64,000 nt of DNA from Macrostomum lignano (taxonomy: Eukaryota), in NCBI GenBank assembly GCA_002269645.1, contig NIVC01000278.1:248001-312000 (forward strand), given 5' to 3'. Shown here piece after piece: positions 1-16,385 of the stretch. The notes beneath the pieces are model-generated. The model saw only the letters and a program-made list of their open reading frames with translations. It ran no database searches and was not told the origin of the DNA. Within the stretch, counting starts at the first letter, position 1. Every line of letters begins with the position of its first letter. The position numbers were made by a program, and so were the translations under genes.

Positions 1-600
1 ACCTTCTGCTTCTCACCCTCTCCCTCTCTCCTTCTGCCTCTCACCCTCCCCCTCTTCTTCTCACCTGCCTCTCACCCTCTCCCTCTCCCTCTCACCTTCT
101 GCTTCTCACCCTCTCCCTCTCCCTCTCACCTTCTGCTTCTCACCCTCTCTCTCACTTTCTGCCTCTCACCCTCTCCCTCTCACCTTATGCCTCCTACCCT
201 CTCCCTCTCACCTTATGCCTCCTACCCTCTCCCTCTCACCTTATGCCTCCTACCCTCTCCCTCTCACCTTATGCCTCCTACCCTCTCCCTCTCACCTTAT
301 GCCTCCTACCCTCTCCCTATCACCTTATGCCTCCTACCCTCTCCCTCTCACCTTATGCCTCCTACCCTCTCCCTCTCACCTTATGCCTCCTACCCTCTCC
401 CTCTCACCTTATGCCTCCTACCCTCTCCCTCTCACCTTATGCCTCCTACCCTCTCCCTCTCACCTTATGCCTCCTACCCTCTCCCTCTCTCTCACTTTCT
501 GCCTCTCACCCTCTCCCTCTCACCTTATGCCTCCTACCCTCTCCCTCTCTCTCACTTTCTGCTTCTCACCCTCTCCCTCTCCCATCTCTCCCTCCTCCCT
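1..600. repeat. 28-bp CT-rich minisatellite
   Basis: (ctctccctctcaccttatgcctcctacc)n. Confidence 0.95.
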
Positions 601-1217
601 CCGTCTCACTCCCTCTAGTCCATTATTTCTCTATCATTTTCACTGTACGAAATTCGCACTCAAAGGTACGAGCTAATCCCTGCATTTCTTAATCCCCGTA
701 GTTCCAATAGTCTGGCTTTTGCACTTTAAAAACTATCACCAACTTATTTCGTATTTTCTTAATTCGTTTTAACTCGAATGGGGATCACTCGAGCGGTCAG
801 TCTGTCACATCCGGACTTTAAAAGGCTTAAAAAGCATTTCTGAAAAGTGGCACAGAGACCGTGTGTGCATATTAATCCAATCAGTTCAAGACGTCTGACA
901 GCTTAAGATCTGGTCGGCAAAGTTCTTACTATTTTCGAGCAGCGAAGGCTTAACTTTAACAAGATAAAAAACTTGAGTTATTGACTCAGTGCGGGGGCTG
1001 GCGGCTTGGATTACTCTGACTTCTGTAGGACCTCCGCTTTACAGTGTCAGTTAAGACAGACAGGTAGCCGTGTAGTATTTGAATTTCTGACAGCGTCTCT
1101 TTTACTTTTGCCTATAGTCAAATATTTGCTTGGCCGATTTCACCAGCTGGTTAAAGGGTTCTAGGATCCTCCTAGTCTGTGGGACTGAGCAGTACTCAAG
1201 CAGCTGTTCTTTGTTTT

Positions 1218-1480
1218 CATAATTCATAATCCGATCACATTTCATAATTCATAATCCAATCATATTTCATAATTCATAACCCAGTCATACTTCATAATTC
1301 ATAACCCAATCATATTTTATAATTCATAATCCAATCATATTTCATAATTCATAACCCAGTAATATTTCATAATTCATAACTCAATAATACTTCATACTTC
1401 ATAATCCAAAAGTTCATCTCTAACACTAATTCATAATCAATTTCCAGCTCATTCACACTCCAAAATAACTCATTCACTGA
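1218..1480. repeat. ~24-bp AT-rich minisatellite
   Basis: (ttcataattcataatccaatcata)n. Confidence 0.85.
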
Positions 1481-1503
1481 AGCACTCATGCCTCAATCCT
1501 CAG

Positions 1504-2288
1504 GCGTTATGACCGTCCTATCAATGACCACCCAGTCAATGGGACTGTGGATGACTCTGCCAAAGGCGTCCTATATCAAGGCCATAGACATCTGGATGGG
1601 CGTCACGGTGATGTACGTGTTCGGGGCCATGGTGGAGTTCGCGATGGTGAACACGATGGCCAGGAATGAGATCCGGCGTGTGACAACCCGGGTGAGAAGG
1701 GCAGCGGCGGCAGCCAAGACGAACAATGGATCGGGGAACCCGGATGGAGATGAGGTTGGTGCAGACGGCGGGACGGCGTTTACTCCGATGATGGTGAGTC
1801 ACCTGTGCTGCCCTGTGTGTACATCTTGAGGCCACCTGTGTACATATCTAAGCTACCTGTGTACATATCAGCTACCTGTGAACATATCTAAGCTACCCGT
1901 GTACATATCTAAGCTACCTGTGTACATATCTAAGCTATCCGTGTACATATCTAAGCTAACTGTGTACATATCTAAGCTACCTGGGTTAAGCTACCCATGT
2001 ACATATCTAAGCTACCTGTGTACATATCTGAGCTACCTGTGAACATATCTAAGCTACCCGTGTACATATCTAAGCTACCTATGAACATATCTAAGCAACC
2101 CAACCGCCCGCCACCCGCCACCACAGGCCAAGAAGCTGGTCAACGAGTACACCTACGGAGACTGGAAGGCCTGGGCCCCGAACTCTCGTCAACTGGCCCG
2201 CAAAGTGGACAAAGGCTCTAGGATTCTGTTCCCTCTGTCATTTGCAATATTCTTTGTCTGCTATTGGGGACACTTCATCCTATTTTGA
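1504..2288 (+). CDS. Cys-loop ligand-gated anion channel subunit (GluCl/GlyR-like), last two exons (M2-M3 and M4); 5' part lies outside the window or was not found
   Basis: Exon 1504-1793 (ctcag|...ATG|gtgagt) encodes GVMTVLSMTTQS...LPKASYIKAIDIWMG...VEFAMVN; exon 2127-2288 (cacag|) encodes ...LARKVDKGSRILFPLSFAIFFVCYWGHFILF*; splice phases are compatible. Confidence 0.92.
1835..2100. repeat. 21-bp intronic minisatellite
   Basis: (gtgtacatatctaagctacct)n. Confidence 0.9.
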
Positions 2289-2505
2289 GTTCTCAGCCAA
2301 TATGCAATAATTTATCTGCTCGTCTGAATTCTGTTTCACTAGAAATTCTCTGAATATAAATAATTTTCATAAAAAAATTCATTATAAATGTACAAGCACT
2401 TTTATTCAGCATTTTTGTCATTCCACTCGGGTTTTATGCCGAAGTGACTGAAACGGTTCCTCATCTTTTTAATCCATTGCTGGTGAAAATATTATGTAAA
2501 TGTGC

Positions 2506-2509
<4 letters not shown>

Positions 2510-2598
<89 letters not shown>

Positions 2599-2653
2599 CA
2601 GACAGACTGACAGACAGACAGACAGACACAGACAGACAAACAGACAGACAGAC

Positions 2654-2712
<59 letters not shown>

Positions 2713-2728
2713 CAGACAGACAGACAGG

Positions 2729-2810
<82 letters not shown>

Positions 2811-2821
2811 TACAGACAGGC

Positions 2822-2866
<45 letters not shown>

Positions 2867-2881
2867 GGCAGACAGACAGGC

Positions 2882-2919
<38 letters not shown>

Positions 2920-3093
2920 GCAGACAGACAGACAGACAGGCAGACAGACAGACAGGCAGACAGACAGACAGACAGGCAGACAGACAGACAGGCAGACAGA
3001 CAGACAGACAGGCAGACAAACAGACAGACAGACAGACACAGACAGACTGACAGACAGACAGACAGACACAGACAGACAAACAGACAGACAGAC

Positions 3094-3164
<71 letters not shown>

Positions 3165-3180
3165 CAGACAGACAGACAGG

Positions 3181-3246
<66 letters not shown>

Positions 3247-3301
3247 TACAGACAGGCAGACAGACAGACAGACAGACAGACAGACAGGCAGACAGACAGG
3301 C

Positions 3302-3339
<38 letters not shown>

Positions 3340-3559
3340 GCAGACAGACAGACAGACAGGCAGACAGACAGACAGGCAGACAGACAGACAGACAGGCAGA
3401 CAGACAGACAGGCAGACAGACAGACAGACAGGCAGACAGACAGACAGACAGACAGACAGGCAGACAGACAGACAGGCAGACAGACAGACAGACAGACAGG
3501 CAGACAGACAGACAGACAGGCAGGCAGACAGACAGACAGGCAGACAGACAGGCAGGCAC

Positions 3560-3590
<31 letters not shown>

Positions 3591-3593
3591 GGC

Positions 3594-3638
<45 letters not shown>

Positions 3639-3665
3639 GGCAGACAGACAGACAGACAGGCAGGC

Positions 3666-3706
<41 letters not shown>

Positions 3707-3717
3707 TACAGACAGGC

Positions 3718-3750
<33 letters not shown>

Positions 3751-3765
3751 GGCAGACAGACAGGC

Positions 3766-3803
<38 letters not shown>

Positions 3804-3877
3804 GCAGACAGACAGACAGACAGGCAGACAGACAGACAGGCAGACAGACAGACAGACAGGCAGACAGACAGACAGGC

Positions 3878-3922
<45 letters not shown>

Positions 3923-4007
3923 GGCAGACAGACAGACAGACAGACAGGCAGACAGACAGACAGACAGGCAGGCAGACAGACAGACAGGCAGACAGACAGG
4001 CAGGCAC

Positions 4008-4038
<31 letters not shown>

Positions 4039-4057
4039 GGCAGACTGACAGACAGGC

Positions 4058-4098
<41 letters not shown>

Positions 4099-4129
4099 GG
4101 CAGACAGACAGACAGACAGACAGACAGGC

Positions 4130-4174
<45 letters not shown>

Positions 4175-4227
4175 CTAAGACAGACAGGCAGACAGGCAGA
4201 CAGACAGACAGACAGACAGACAGACAG
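2510..4227. repeat. 1.7 kb (GACA)n microsatellite
   Basis: GACA with GGCA/AACA variants. Confidence 0.98.
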
Positions 4228-4627
4228 CTCACGGTCATATCCGAAATGTGCAGCATGAGTCGCAGCAACAGCCATGCACCCAGAGCCCTGCAGCCCGCAT
4301 GCACCACCCACATGATAACCTGCATATTGGGGTCATAAAATCTCAAATATGAAGCTTCATCAGAACTGCAAGGCACACCCAGAGCTGAAATAGTTGATCC
4401 CGTGAAGAGAAAAGATCCAAATCCCAATAAATCCCAGAGTTAGCCGCTGAGTGACTATTTTATAATAAAACAATCCTCGTGCAAGCAATAAAGTGGTCAG
4501 GCCTCAATTCTCAATTATTAGTGGAATTAATTGGACTGAAAGAGGCTATTGGGGTAAGTGTTCCCTTAAAAACGAATTTTGTCTTGTTTGAACCTCAGTT
4601 ATCTTTTTACAAGTCGTTTTAAGTCCT

Positions 4628-4765
4628 TCAGTGAGCACAGCTAGCTACCCTCAGGGATTCTTCAGTGAGCACAGCTAGCTACCCTCAGGGATTCTTCAGT
4701 GAGCACAGCTAGCTACCCTATACCCTCAGGGATCCTTCAGTGAGCACAGTAGCTACCCTCAGGGT
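4628..4765. repeat. 34-bp tandem repeat x4
   Basis: cagtgagcacagctagctaccctcagggattctt. Confidence 0.85.
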
Positions 4766-5157
4766 TTCTTCCGTCATTCGGTACTCTACAAAGTTAGAAA
4801 TCTTTTTCTACCGTAATGTTTCAAAAGCAGTCAACTCAATCCTGCTTTTGGGAATGTTTCAGTCAGGCTGGCAATATGAACATGTGCCTATTGAGAGAGC
4901 ATAGAGGGAAACAAATGAAACCTGATCTTGATCTACACAGAAAAGGCATGCGAAAAAGCGTGTGATAGCAGGTAACGCAGCTGCACTGCCAACCGCTAGC
5001 TTTCTTGTCACACTCGGCCGGAAGACTTAAGTTGATGCTTTGCCATCGATCACGGGGGGTCAAGTGCATTTGGTGACTTCTGCAAAAGCTAAACAAAAAA
5101 ATAATTCTTAATCCTGCTTCATCTAGCAGCTGGGTGGGAGACAAATATAAATAGTAT

Positions 5158-5810
5158 TTGGGAGGCTGGCCCAGCAACTGGGAGGCTGGCTCAGCAACTG
5201 ACACTCTAAGAGGCTGGCCCAGCAGCTGAGGATCTGGGAGGCTGGCTTAGCAACTGACACTTTGGGGGTTGACCCAGGAACCGAGGATCAGTCCGGCCCA
5301 GCAACTGACACTTTGGGAGGCTCGCCCAGCAACTGGGGATCTGGGAGCTGGCCCAGCAACTGGGGATCTTAAAGGCTGACCCAGCAACTGAGGATCCGGG
5401 AGGCTGGCCCAGCAACTGGGGATCCGGGAGGCTGGCCCAGCAACTGGGGATCTGGGAGCTGGCCCAGCAACTGGGGATCTTAAAGGCTGACCCAGCAACT
5501 GAGGATCCGGGAGGCTGGCCCAGCAACTGGGGATCTGGGAGGCTGGCCCAGCAACTGAGGGTCTGGGAGGCTGGCCCAGCAACTGAGGGTCTGGGAGGCT
5601 GGCCCAGCAACTGACACTCTGGGAGGCTGGCCCAGCAACTGAGGGTCTGGGAGGCTGGCCCAGCAACTGAGGGTCTGGAAGGCTGGCCCAGCAACTGACA
5701 CTCTGGGAGGCTGGCCCAGCAACTGAGGGTCTGGGAGGCTGGCCCAGCAACTGACACTCTGGGAGGCTGGCCCAGGAACCGAGGATCTGGGAGGCTGCTC
5801 AGCAACTGAG
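5158..5810. repeat. 28-bp GC-rich minisatellite, same family as in the snoRNA array
   Basis: (ggaggctggcccagcaactgaggatctg)n. Confidence 0.95.
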
Positions 5811-6012
5811 ATGCAGAATTTCACTGACTAAAAAACAATGACACGGAAAGTGGAAGAGGAAAACTTGAGGCACATTTATAACCACATATTAAGTGCATCA
5901 GTTATAGATAATAAATATTGTACGTCAGTAATGGTACTTTGATTCGGATATTATTTATGATTATATTTATTAAATTCAGCCACAGCCAAACAGCTGCAGT
6001 TGGATCACTGCA

Positions 6013-6125
6013 AATACTACTATTCAGTAGGAGTGAACATTTAACAAGTCACTTATTTCGCTTATTAAAGCAGATAAATAAAAGTGGAGTCAAGAACGCT
6101 CTCTGCTACTCTCATCAGTAGTATT
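6013..6125 (-). ncRNA. Candidate single-copy box C/D snoRNA
   Basis: 8-bp terminal stem AATACTAC/GTAGTATT flanking TGATGA and CTGA, internal TTGA. Confidence 0.4.
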
Positions 6126-6777
6126 AATTAGGGAGATTTGTTGTTAGTCGATATTATTAAATTGTAATCAAATATTTATCACATCACATCAGTCTGGCAT
6201 AAAAAACGAATAAAGGAAATTAAAAATTAAAAGGCTACATTCCTTTAGTACTACTATATAGTAGTTATTTATTATTTTTTGTTCACGAATAAAAGCGGTG
6301 AATTGTTTGTTGGAATTTCAAATGTTTGACGCAGCGGGATCACAAATTTAAAAAAAGGAAAACTGTTGGGAACAGAATAAACACAAGGAAGGGGAAGCGA
6401 GTGACAAACAGATCCGAGGGTGTGGGGCAACACAACAGAATTAAAACAAAGTTTAAAAGCCGGCATCAGAGAGACAAGATTTTGTTATAATCTTTGCCAA
6501 CAACAACTAAACTTATTAAGGGGAGAAAATCAAAAAAATCTGAATAACTCACTTGTTACTATTAATAGATTTTGATAAAAAAAACACAAAAAAGAGAATC
6601 GTGTCCCTGTTTAGCTACTGTTCAGCCATTCACCAGTAGAAATTAACACATTTTTTGTCTTTTTTTGAAAATGTTTTCATCAAATTATTACTAATCGTTT
6701 GGCGTGTAAGATTATCAATTTAGAGTCTGTCCCTCGCTAGGCGGAACTGATTTATCTTCATCAGAAATCAATGAGAT

Positions 6778-11425
<4,648 letters not shown>

Positions 11426-11554
11426 TCAAATATTAATTGGATTGAATTGCTGTGCGAATTGCGAGCTGGAATGGTAGGAGTTTTTTAGGACAAAATATTA
11501 TTACTACGATACATATCGGTACATACATACTTTAAATCCTCTACTATATAAACC

Positions 11555-12246
11555 TGGAGCCATGGAGATCATGCACCATTGCACACCTAGGGGTCATAGT
11601 GGGCATAATTATCATGGACCATTGCACACCTGGGGGTCATAGTGGTCATAATGATCATGGACCATTGCACACCTGGGGTCATAGTGGTCATAATGATCAT
11701 GGACCATTGCACACCTGGGGTCATATTGGTCATATTGATGATCATGGACCATTGCACACCTGGGGTCATATTGGTCATATTGATGATCATGGACCATTGC
11801 ACACCTGGGGGTCATAATGATCATGGACCATTGCACACCTGGGGGTCATAATGATCATGGACCATTGCACACCTGGGGGTCATAATGATCATGGACCATT
11901 GGACACCTGGGGGTCATAATGATCATGGACCATTGGACACCTGGGGGTCATAGTAGTCAGTCATGGACCATTGTACACCAGGGGGTCAGTAATCATGGAC
12001 CAATGGACCATTACACACCGGAGGGTCATAGTAATCCTGGACCATTGCACACATGGGGGTCATAGTGGTCATAATGATTATGGATGATTGCATACCTGAA
12101 GGACCATTGCACACCTGGGGGTCATGGTGGTCATAATGATCATAGACCAACGTACACCTAGGGGCCATAGTGGTTATAATGATCATAAACCATTGCACAC
12201 CTGGGGGTCATGGTGGTCATAGTGATCATGGGCCATTTCACACCTG
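11555..12246. repeat. Minisatellite upstream of the ARF coding exon
   Basis: (ggggtcatagtggtcataatgatcatggaccattgcacacct)n. Confidence 0.9.
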
Positions 12247-12705
12247 ACCCTATAAAAGAGTATAACACAATACTGTTAGAAATAAAAAGCTGTAAAGTAA
12301 AATTTGTGTATATTTAAGTGTTTCCGCAAACTAGATTAATTAGGAAGAGTATGAAAGACGCGAGTACAACAAAATGTCAGTTTCTTCAGACTCTGAGCAC
12401 CATTGCACTTTTCCTAGGTAAAAATGTACTTTTCACGCAGGGTTCGACTGCTGATAATTACTTGTAGTAGAGACAGTTGGTCATTCTCTAAAATTACAGG
12501 TTAAAAAATTATAGTTAAGATTTAAAGCTAAAAGCAACTGATAAAATTAATTTCAGCGGTGTTCATCCTACTTACCAACAGTAGTTAAAATTTTCTAGAT
12601 ATCCATATTCAAGCAAATCTGAAAATAAAAAATGGGGCCTTTGATAAATGGGATAAAAGCTAATAATACCATAACAACCCACTCTAAAGAAGACAAAAAT
12701 TTTAT

Positions 12706-12770
12706 TCAGGTGCAATTATATTCATTTCACATTAATTCAACAACGAGGAATTCGAAATATTCTTCATCAT
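12706..12770 (-). ncRNA. Box C/D snoRNA family D copy 1 (18S guide, yeast snR57-like target)
   Basis: ATGATGA...GAATTCCTCGTTG-TTGA(D')...ATAATTGCAC-CTGA; antisense to 18S AACGAGGAAUUC. Confidence 0.8.
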
Positions 12771-12973
12771 ATCAGCATCATCAACTAGCTGCTACTGCAA
12801 GTAATAAACTTGGGAAATTTACCTAAAATTAATTGATGAAGTTCTCTTAGTCCGTTTTCATCTACAAGATTACATTAAAGGTCAATATTAAAATCTGTCA
12901 TCATGCAAGAATAAACGCAATTATAAATTCGGCTTATTTTAACAAATATTATATATTTGTAATAAAAATGGAT

Positions 12974-13046
12974 TCAGTAGGAAAAATATAATTTCATTTT
13001 AGCTGAGTGAACAAAATCAACAACGAGGAATTCAATATTTCATCAC
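12974..13046 (-). ncRNA. Box C/D snoRNA family D copy 2
   Basis: GTGATGA, guide GAATTCCTCGTTG, D' TTGA, D CTGA. Confidence 0.75.
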
Positions 13047-13215
13047 AATTTTTGTTACTATGGGGACACAACATGCTTCTAATGTTCGGTTTAAAAAATA
13101 TTCAACTCACAAATTGCCAGGTTCCGCAGCTGAAGCACTGAAAAAAAGTGAGCAATAAATTATAAAATATATATCACTAAAATAAAAGTTTACATACGGT
13201 TATATAAAAACTCAA

Positions 13216-13285
13216 TCATAGGTGAAATTATCGATCACTTGGTCTCAATATTTTGAGTCAGTTGGAACGCCGAAAAGGCTTAAAT
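13216..13285 (-). ncRNA. Divergent family B snoRNA copy (possibly a pseudogene)
   Basis: TTCGGCGTTCCAA-CTGA...AATTTCACCT-ATGA; no clear C box. Confidence 0.45.
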
Positions 13286-13463
13286 AATTTTGTTTGAAAG
13301 TTTTATATTAAGAAATTTAAATTACAGTCAACATCAGATGTCTTACCTGACTACGTGGATATTTTCAATAACATTTCAGACGATCTGCAAAAAAATTGAA
13401 AGCAAGTCAAGATTTATTGTTAAAGCCATATCTTTATCACTGCTTTAAAACAACTAGAAAATG

Positions 13464-13535
13464 TCAGATTATTAATAATTACTCATTTCACTGAGACAAA
13501 CTCAACAACGAGGAATTCTTTATTAATTCATCATA
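13464..13535 (-). ncRNA. Box C/D snoRNA family D copy 3
   Basis: ATGATGA, guide GAATTCCTCGTTG, D' TTGA, D CTGA. Confidence 0.75.
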
Positions 13536-13749
13536 CAACGTACATTGTCCGCTCACACAGCGTATATATAGTATTTAAAAAGTATTACATAACTAACTCA
13601 CATTAACGGCAGGGCTTATATATTTACCCACATTAAAACTCGCGGTGATCATGATCAATCTAAAAATTAGGAATTTCATTAATAAATTTAGCAACAAAAA
13701 CCAGGAACAAAAACATACTATTTCACTATAGGCACTATAGCATTACTAG

Positions 13750-13828
13750 TCAGAGAAAGGTAACTTGTAAGACCAATTCACAGTTTAAGTAATTCAACTC
13801 AGAGGTGTCCCAAGAGTATTGTCATCAT
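13750..13828 (-). ncRNA. Box C/D snoRNA A1 (SNORD58-like 28S guide)
   Basis: ATGATGA...CTTGGGACACCT-CTGA...AGTTACCTTT..CTGA. Confidence 0.85.
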
Positions 13829-14019
13829 TTAGATGTAGAAAGAAAAGAAATTGCATAACAAACTAACATATAGTGCATTACTTACCCCATCAATACTAGC
13901 TGATGTGACATCTGCAGACAAGAACTTGATAATCTGAAATTTAAAGTTTAAAAATTATTTTTGAAACTGTAATCTAGGACAGTAAAAGTGCATGACATAA
14001 CAGTTACGAAGCTGATTGA

Positions 14020-14092
14020 TCAGAGGAAAGGTAACTTGGGGTCAAAATCAAATTTGATAGATCAGAAGGTGTCCCAAAGGTTTTGTCATCAT
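14020..14092 (-). ncRNA. Box C/D snoRNA A2 (SNORD58-like, register +1)
   Basis: ATGATGA...TTGGGACACCTT-CTGA...AGTTACCTTT...CTGA. Confidence 0.85.
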
Positions 14093-14293
14093 AACAATTA
14101 GAGGATCTAAGTGTCAATACTGATAAACAAACTTACAATTTCTTAGGGAAAAACCGGTGCAATAAGGCATCTGAAATTTAAAAAAGAAAATTGCTAGAGT
14201 AACGACAATTTATTGAAATTAGTATAAAGTTGCTACAGATATGAAACTTTAGATATATTATACATATTTAGTTACATGAAACGTACACTGTTT

Positions 14294-14368
14294 TCAGAAA
14301 TGCAAATAATTAAAAATCAAACTGCCTCATTTGAAGCAGTAATAAGGTCTCCAAGTTTTTTTCATCAT
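14294..14368 (-). ncRNA. Box C/D snoRNA family C (28S AGGUCUCCAAG guide)
   Basis: ATGATGA...CTTGGAGACCTT, degenerate D' ATTA, D CTGA. Confidence 0.75.
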
Positions 14369-14529
14369 TGATAAGGTGGGGACTGTATAGTAAGTAGTGA
14401 TAAAACTTGGTACTCACCATGAGTAGTATACCACGGAAAATACGCAATGTTTCTGCAAAAAGTATTAAAAAATCTTTTAAATCACGACTTTATCAATAAA
14501 ATAAGAAAATTTGTAATTTTTTATTAACC

Positions 14530-14597
14530 TCATAGGTGAAAGTGTCATTCATAAACTTTAAAGTTCTGTTGGATCGCCGTAAGCATTTTCTAATCAC
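14530..14597 (-). ncRNA. Box C/D snoRNA family B (18S guide)
   Basis: GTGATTA...CTTACGGCGATCCAA-CAGA...ATGAATG..CTTTCACCT-ATGA. Confidence 0.75.
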
Positions 14598-14649
14598 AGG
14601 TAGATCAATATGTGCGAGTGCGATACACACTTAGGGGCGAAGGTGGAGG

Positions 14650-15228
14650 TTGGCCCAGCAACTGAGGATCTGGGAGGCTGGCCCAGCAACTGAGGATCTG
14701 GGAGGCTGGTGCAGAAACTGAGGATCTGGGAGGCTGGCCCAGCAACTGAGGATCTGGGAGGCTGGCCCAGCAACTGAGGATCTGGAAGGCTGGTGCAGAA
14801 ACTGAGGATCTGGGAGGCTGGCCCAGCAACTGAGGATCTGGGAGGCTGGCCCAGCAACTGAGGATCTGGGAGGCTAGCCCAGCAACTGAGGATCTGGGAG
14901 GCTGGCCCAGCAACTGAGGATCTGGGAGGCTGGCCCAGCAACTGAGGATCTGGGAGGCTGGCCCAGCAACTGAGGATCTGGGAGGCTAGCCCAGCAACTG
15001 AGGATCTGGGAGGCTGACCCAGCAACTGAGGATCTGGGAGGCTGGCCCAGCAACTGAGGATCTGGGAGGCTGGCCCAGCAACTGAGGATCTGGGAGGCTG
15101 GTGCAGAAACTGAGGATCTGGGAGGCTGGTGCAGAAACTGAGGATCTGGGAGGCTAGCCCAGCAACTGAGGATCTGGGAGGCTGACCCAGCAACTGAGGA
15201 TCTGGGAGGCTGACCCAGCAACTGAGGA
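14650..15228. repeat. 28-bp minisatellite
   Basis: (ggaggctggcccagcaactgaggatctg)n. Confidence 0.95.
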
Positions 15229-15472
15229 GCTCAATCGCATGACAACCCACACAGCCTAACCAATATAATTACCATTTATATATATATAGCATAGTATTAA
15301 AAAAGTATTACATAACTAACTTACTTTAACGCCAGGGCTTATATATTTATCCACATTAAAACTCGCGGTGATCATGATCAATCTAAAAAATAGGAATTTC
15401 ATTAATAAATTTAGCAACAAAAACCAGGAACAAAAACATACTATTTCACTATAGGCACTATAGCATTACTAG

Positions 15473-15551
15473 TCAGAGAAAGGTAACTTGTAAGACCAAT
15501 TCACAGTTTAAGTAATTCAACTCAGAGGTGTCCCAAGAGTATTGTCATCAT
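15473..15551 (-). ncRNA. Box C/D snoRNA A1
   Basis: Near-identical to 13750-13828. Confidence 0.85.
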
Positions 15552-15742
15552 TTAGATGTAGAAAGAAAAGAAATTGCATAACAAACTAACATATAGTGCA
15601 TTACTTACCCCATCAATACTAGCTGATGTGACATCTGCAGACAAGAACTTGATAATCTGAAATTTAAAGTTTAAAAATTATTTTTGAAACTGTAATCTAG
15701 GACAGTAAAAGTGCATGACATAACAGTTACGAAGCTGATTGA

Positions 15743-15815
15743 TCAGAGGAAAGGTAACTTGGGGTCAAAATCAAATTTGATAGATCAGAAGGTGTCCCAA
15801 AGGTTTTGTCATCAT
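15743..15815 (-). ncRNA. Box C/D snoRNA A2
   Basis: Near-identical to 14020-14092. Confidence 0.85.
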
Positions 15816-16009
15816 AACAATTAGAGGATCTAAGTGTCAATACTGATAAACAAACTTACAATTTCTTAGGGAAAAACCGGTGCAATAAGGCATCTGAAAT
15901 TTAAAAAAGAAAATTGCTAGAGTAACGACAATTTATTGAAATTAGTATAAAGTTGCTACAGATAAGAAACTTTGGATATATACTTATTTATAAAACTCCT
16001 ACACTGTTT

Positions 16010-16084
16010 TCAGAAATGCAAATAATTAAAAATCAAACTGCCTCATTTGAAGCAGTAATAAGGTCTCCAAGTTTTTTTCATCAT
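16010..16084 (-). ncRNA. Box C/D snoRNA family C
   Basis: Near-identical to 14294-14368. Confidence 0.75.
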
Positions 16085-16264
16085 TGATAAGGTGGGGATT
16101 GCAGTTATAGAACATATTAGAGTTCAATACGCAGAAGCAAGTTTACTCACCATGAGTAGTATACCACAGAATACGCAATTTTGCTGCAATAGAAAGTTGA
16201 AAAAAGATATTTTAGATCACTTAACTTTTTTTCTATAAAATACATTTGTAAATTTCTATTAACC

Positions 16265-16332
16265 TCATAGGTGAAAGTGTCATTCATAAACTTTAAAGTT
16301 CTGTTGGATCGCCGTAAGCATTTTTTAATCAC
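16265..16332 (-). ncRNA. Box C/D snoRNA family B
   Basis: Near-identical to 14530-14597. Confidence 0.75.
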
Positions 16333-16385
16333 AGGGAGATTAATATGTGCAAGTGCAAAACACACTTAGGGGCGAAGGTAGAGAA

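Noticed and set aside
187-4427. Long ORFs (MPPTLSLSP..., SVCL..., DRQT...)
   Set aside because: Translations of micro- and minisatellites
6030-6125. Hammerhead ribozyme (CTGATGA...GAAA)
   Set aside because: Stem III and the cleavage triplet do not pair; a C/D layout fits better
12330-12450. Possible H/ACA snoRNA in a host intron lacking a C/D unit (also 20780-20990)
   Set aside because: Could not establish a two-hairpin fold by eye; needs snoGPS/Infernal
12462-14452. Host micro-exons as protein-coding
   Set aside because: The exons I joined show no sustained ORF or homology
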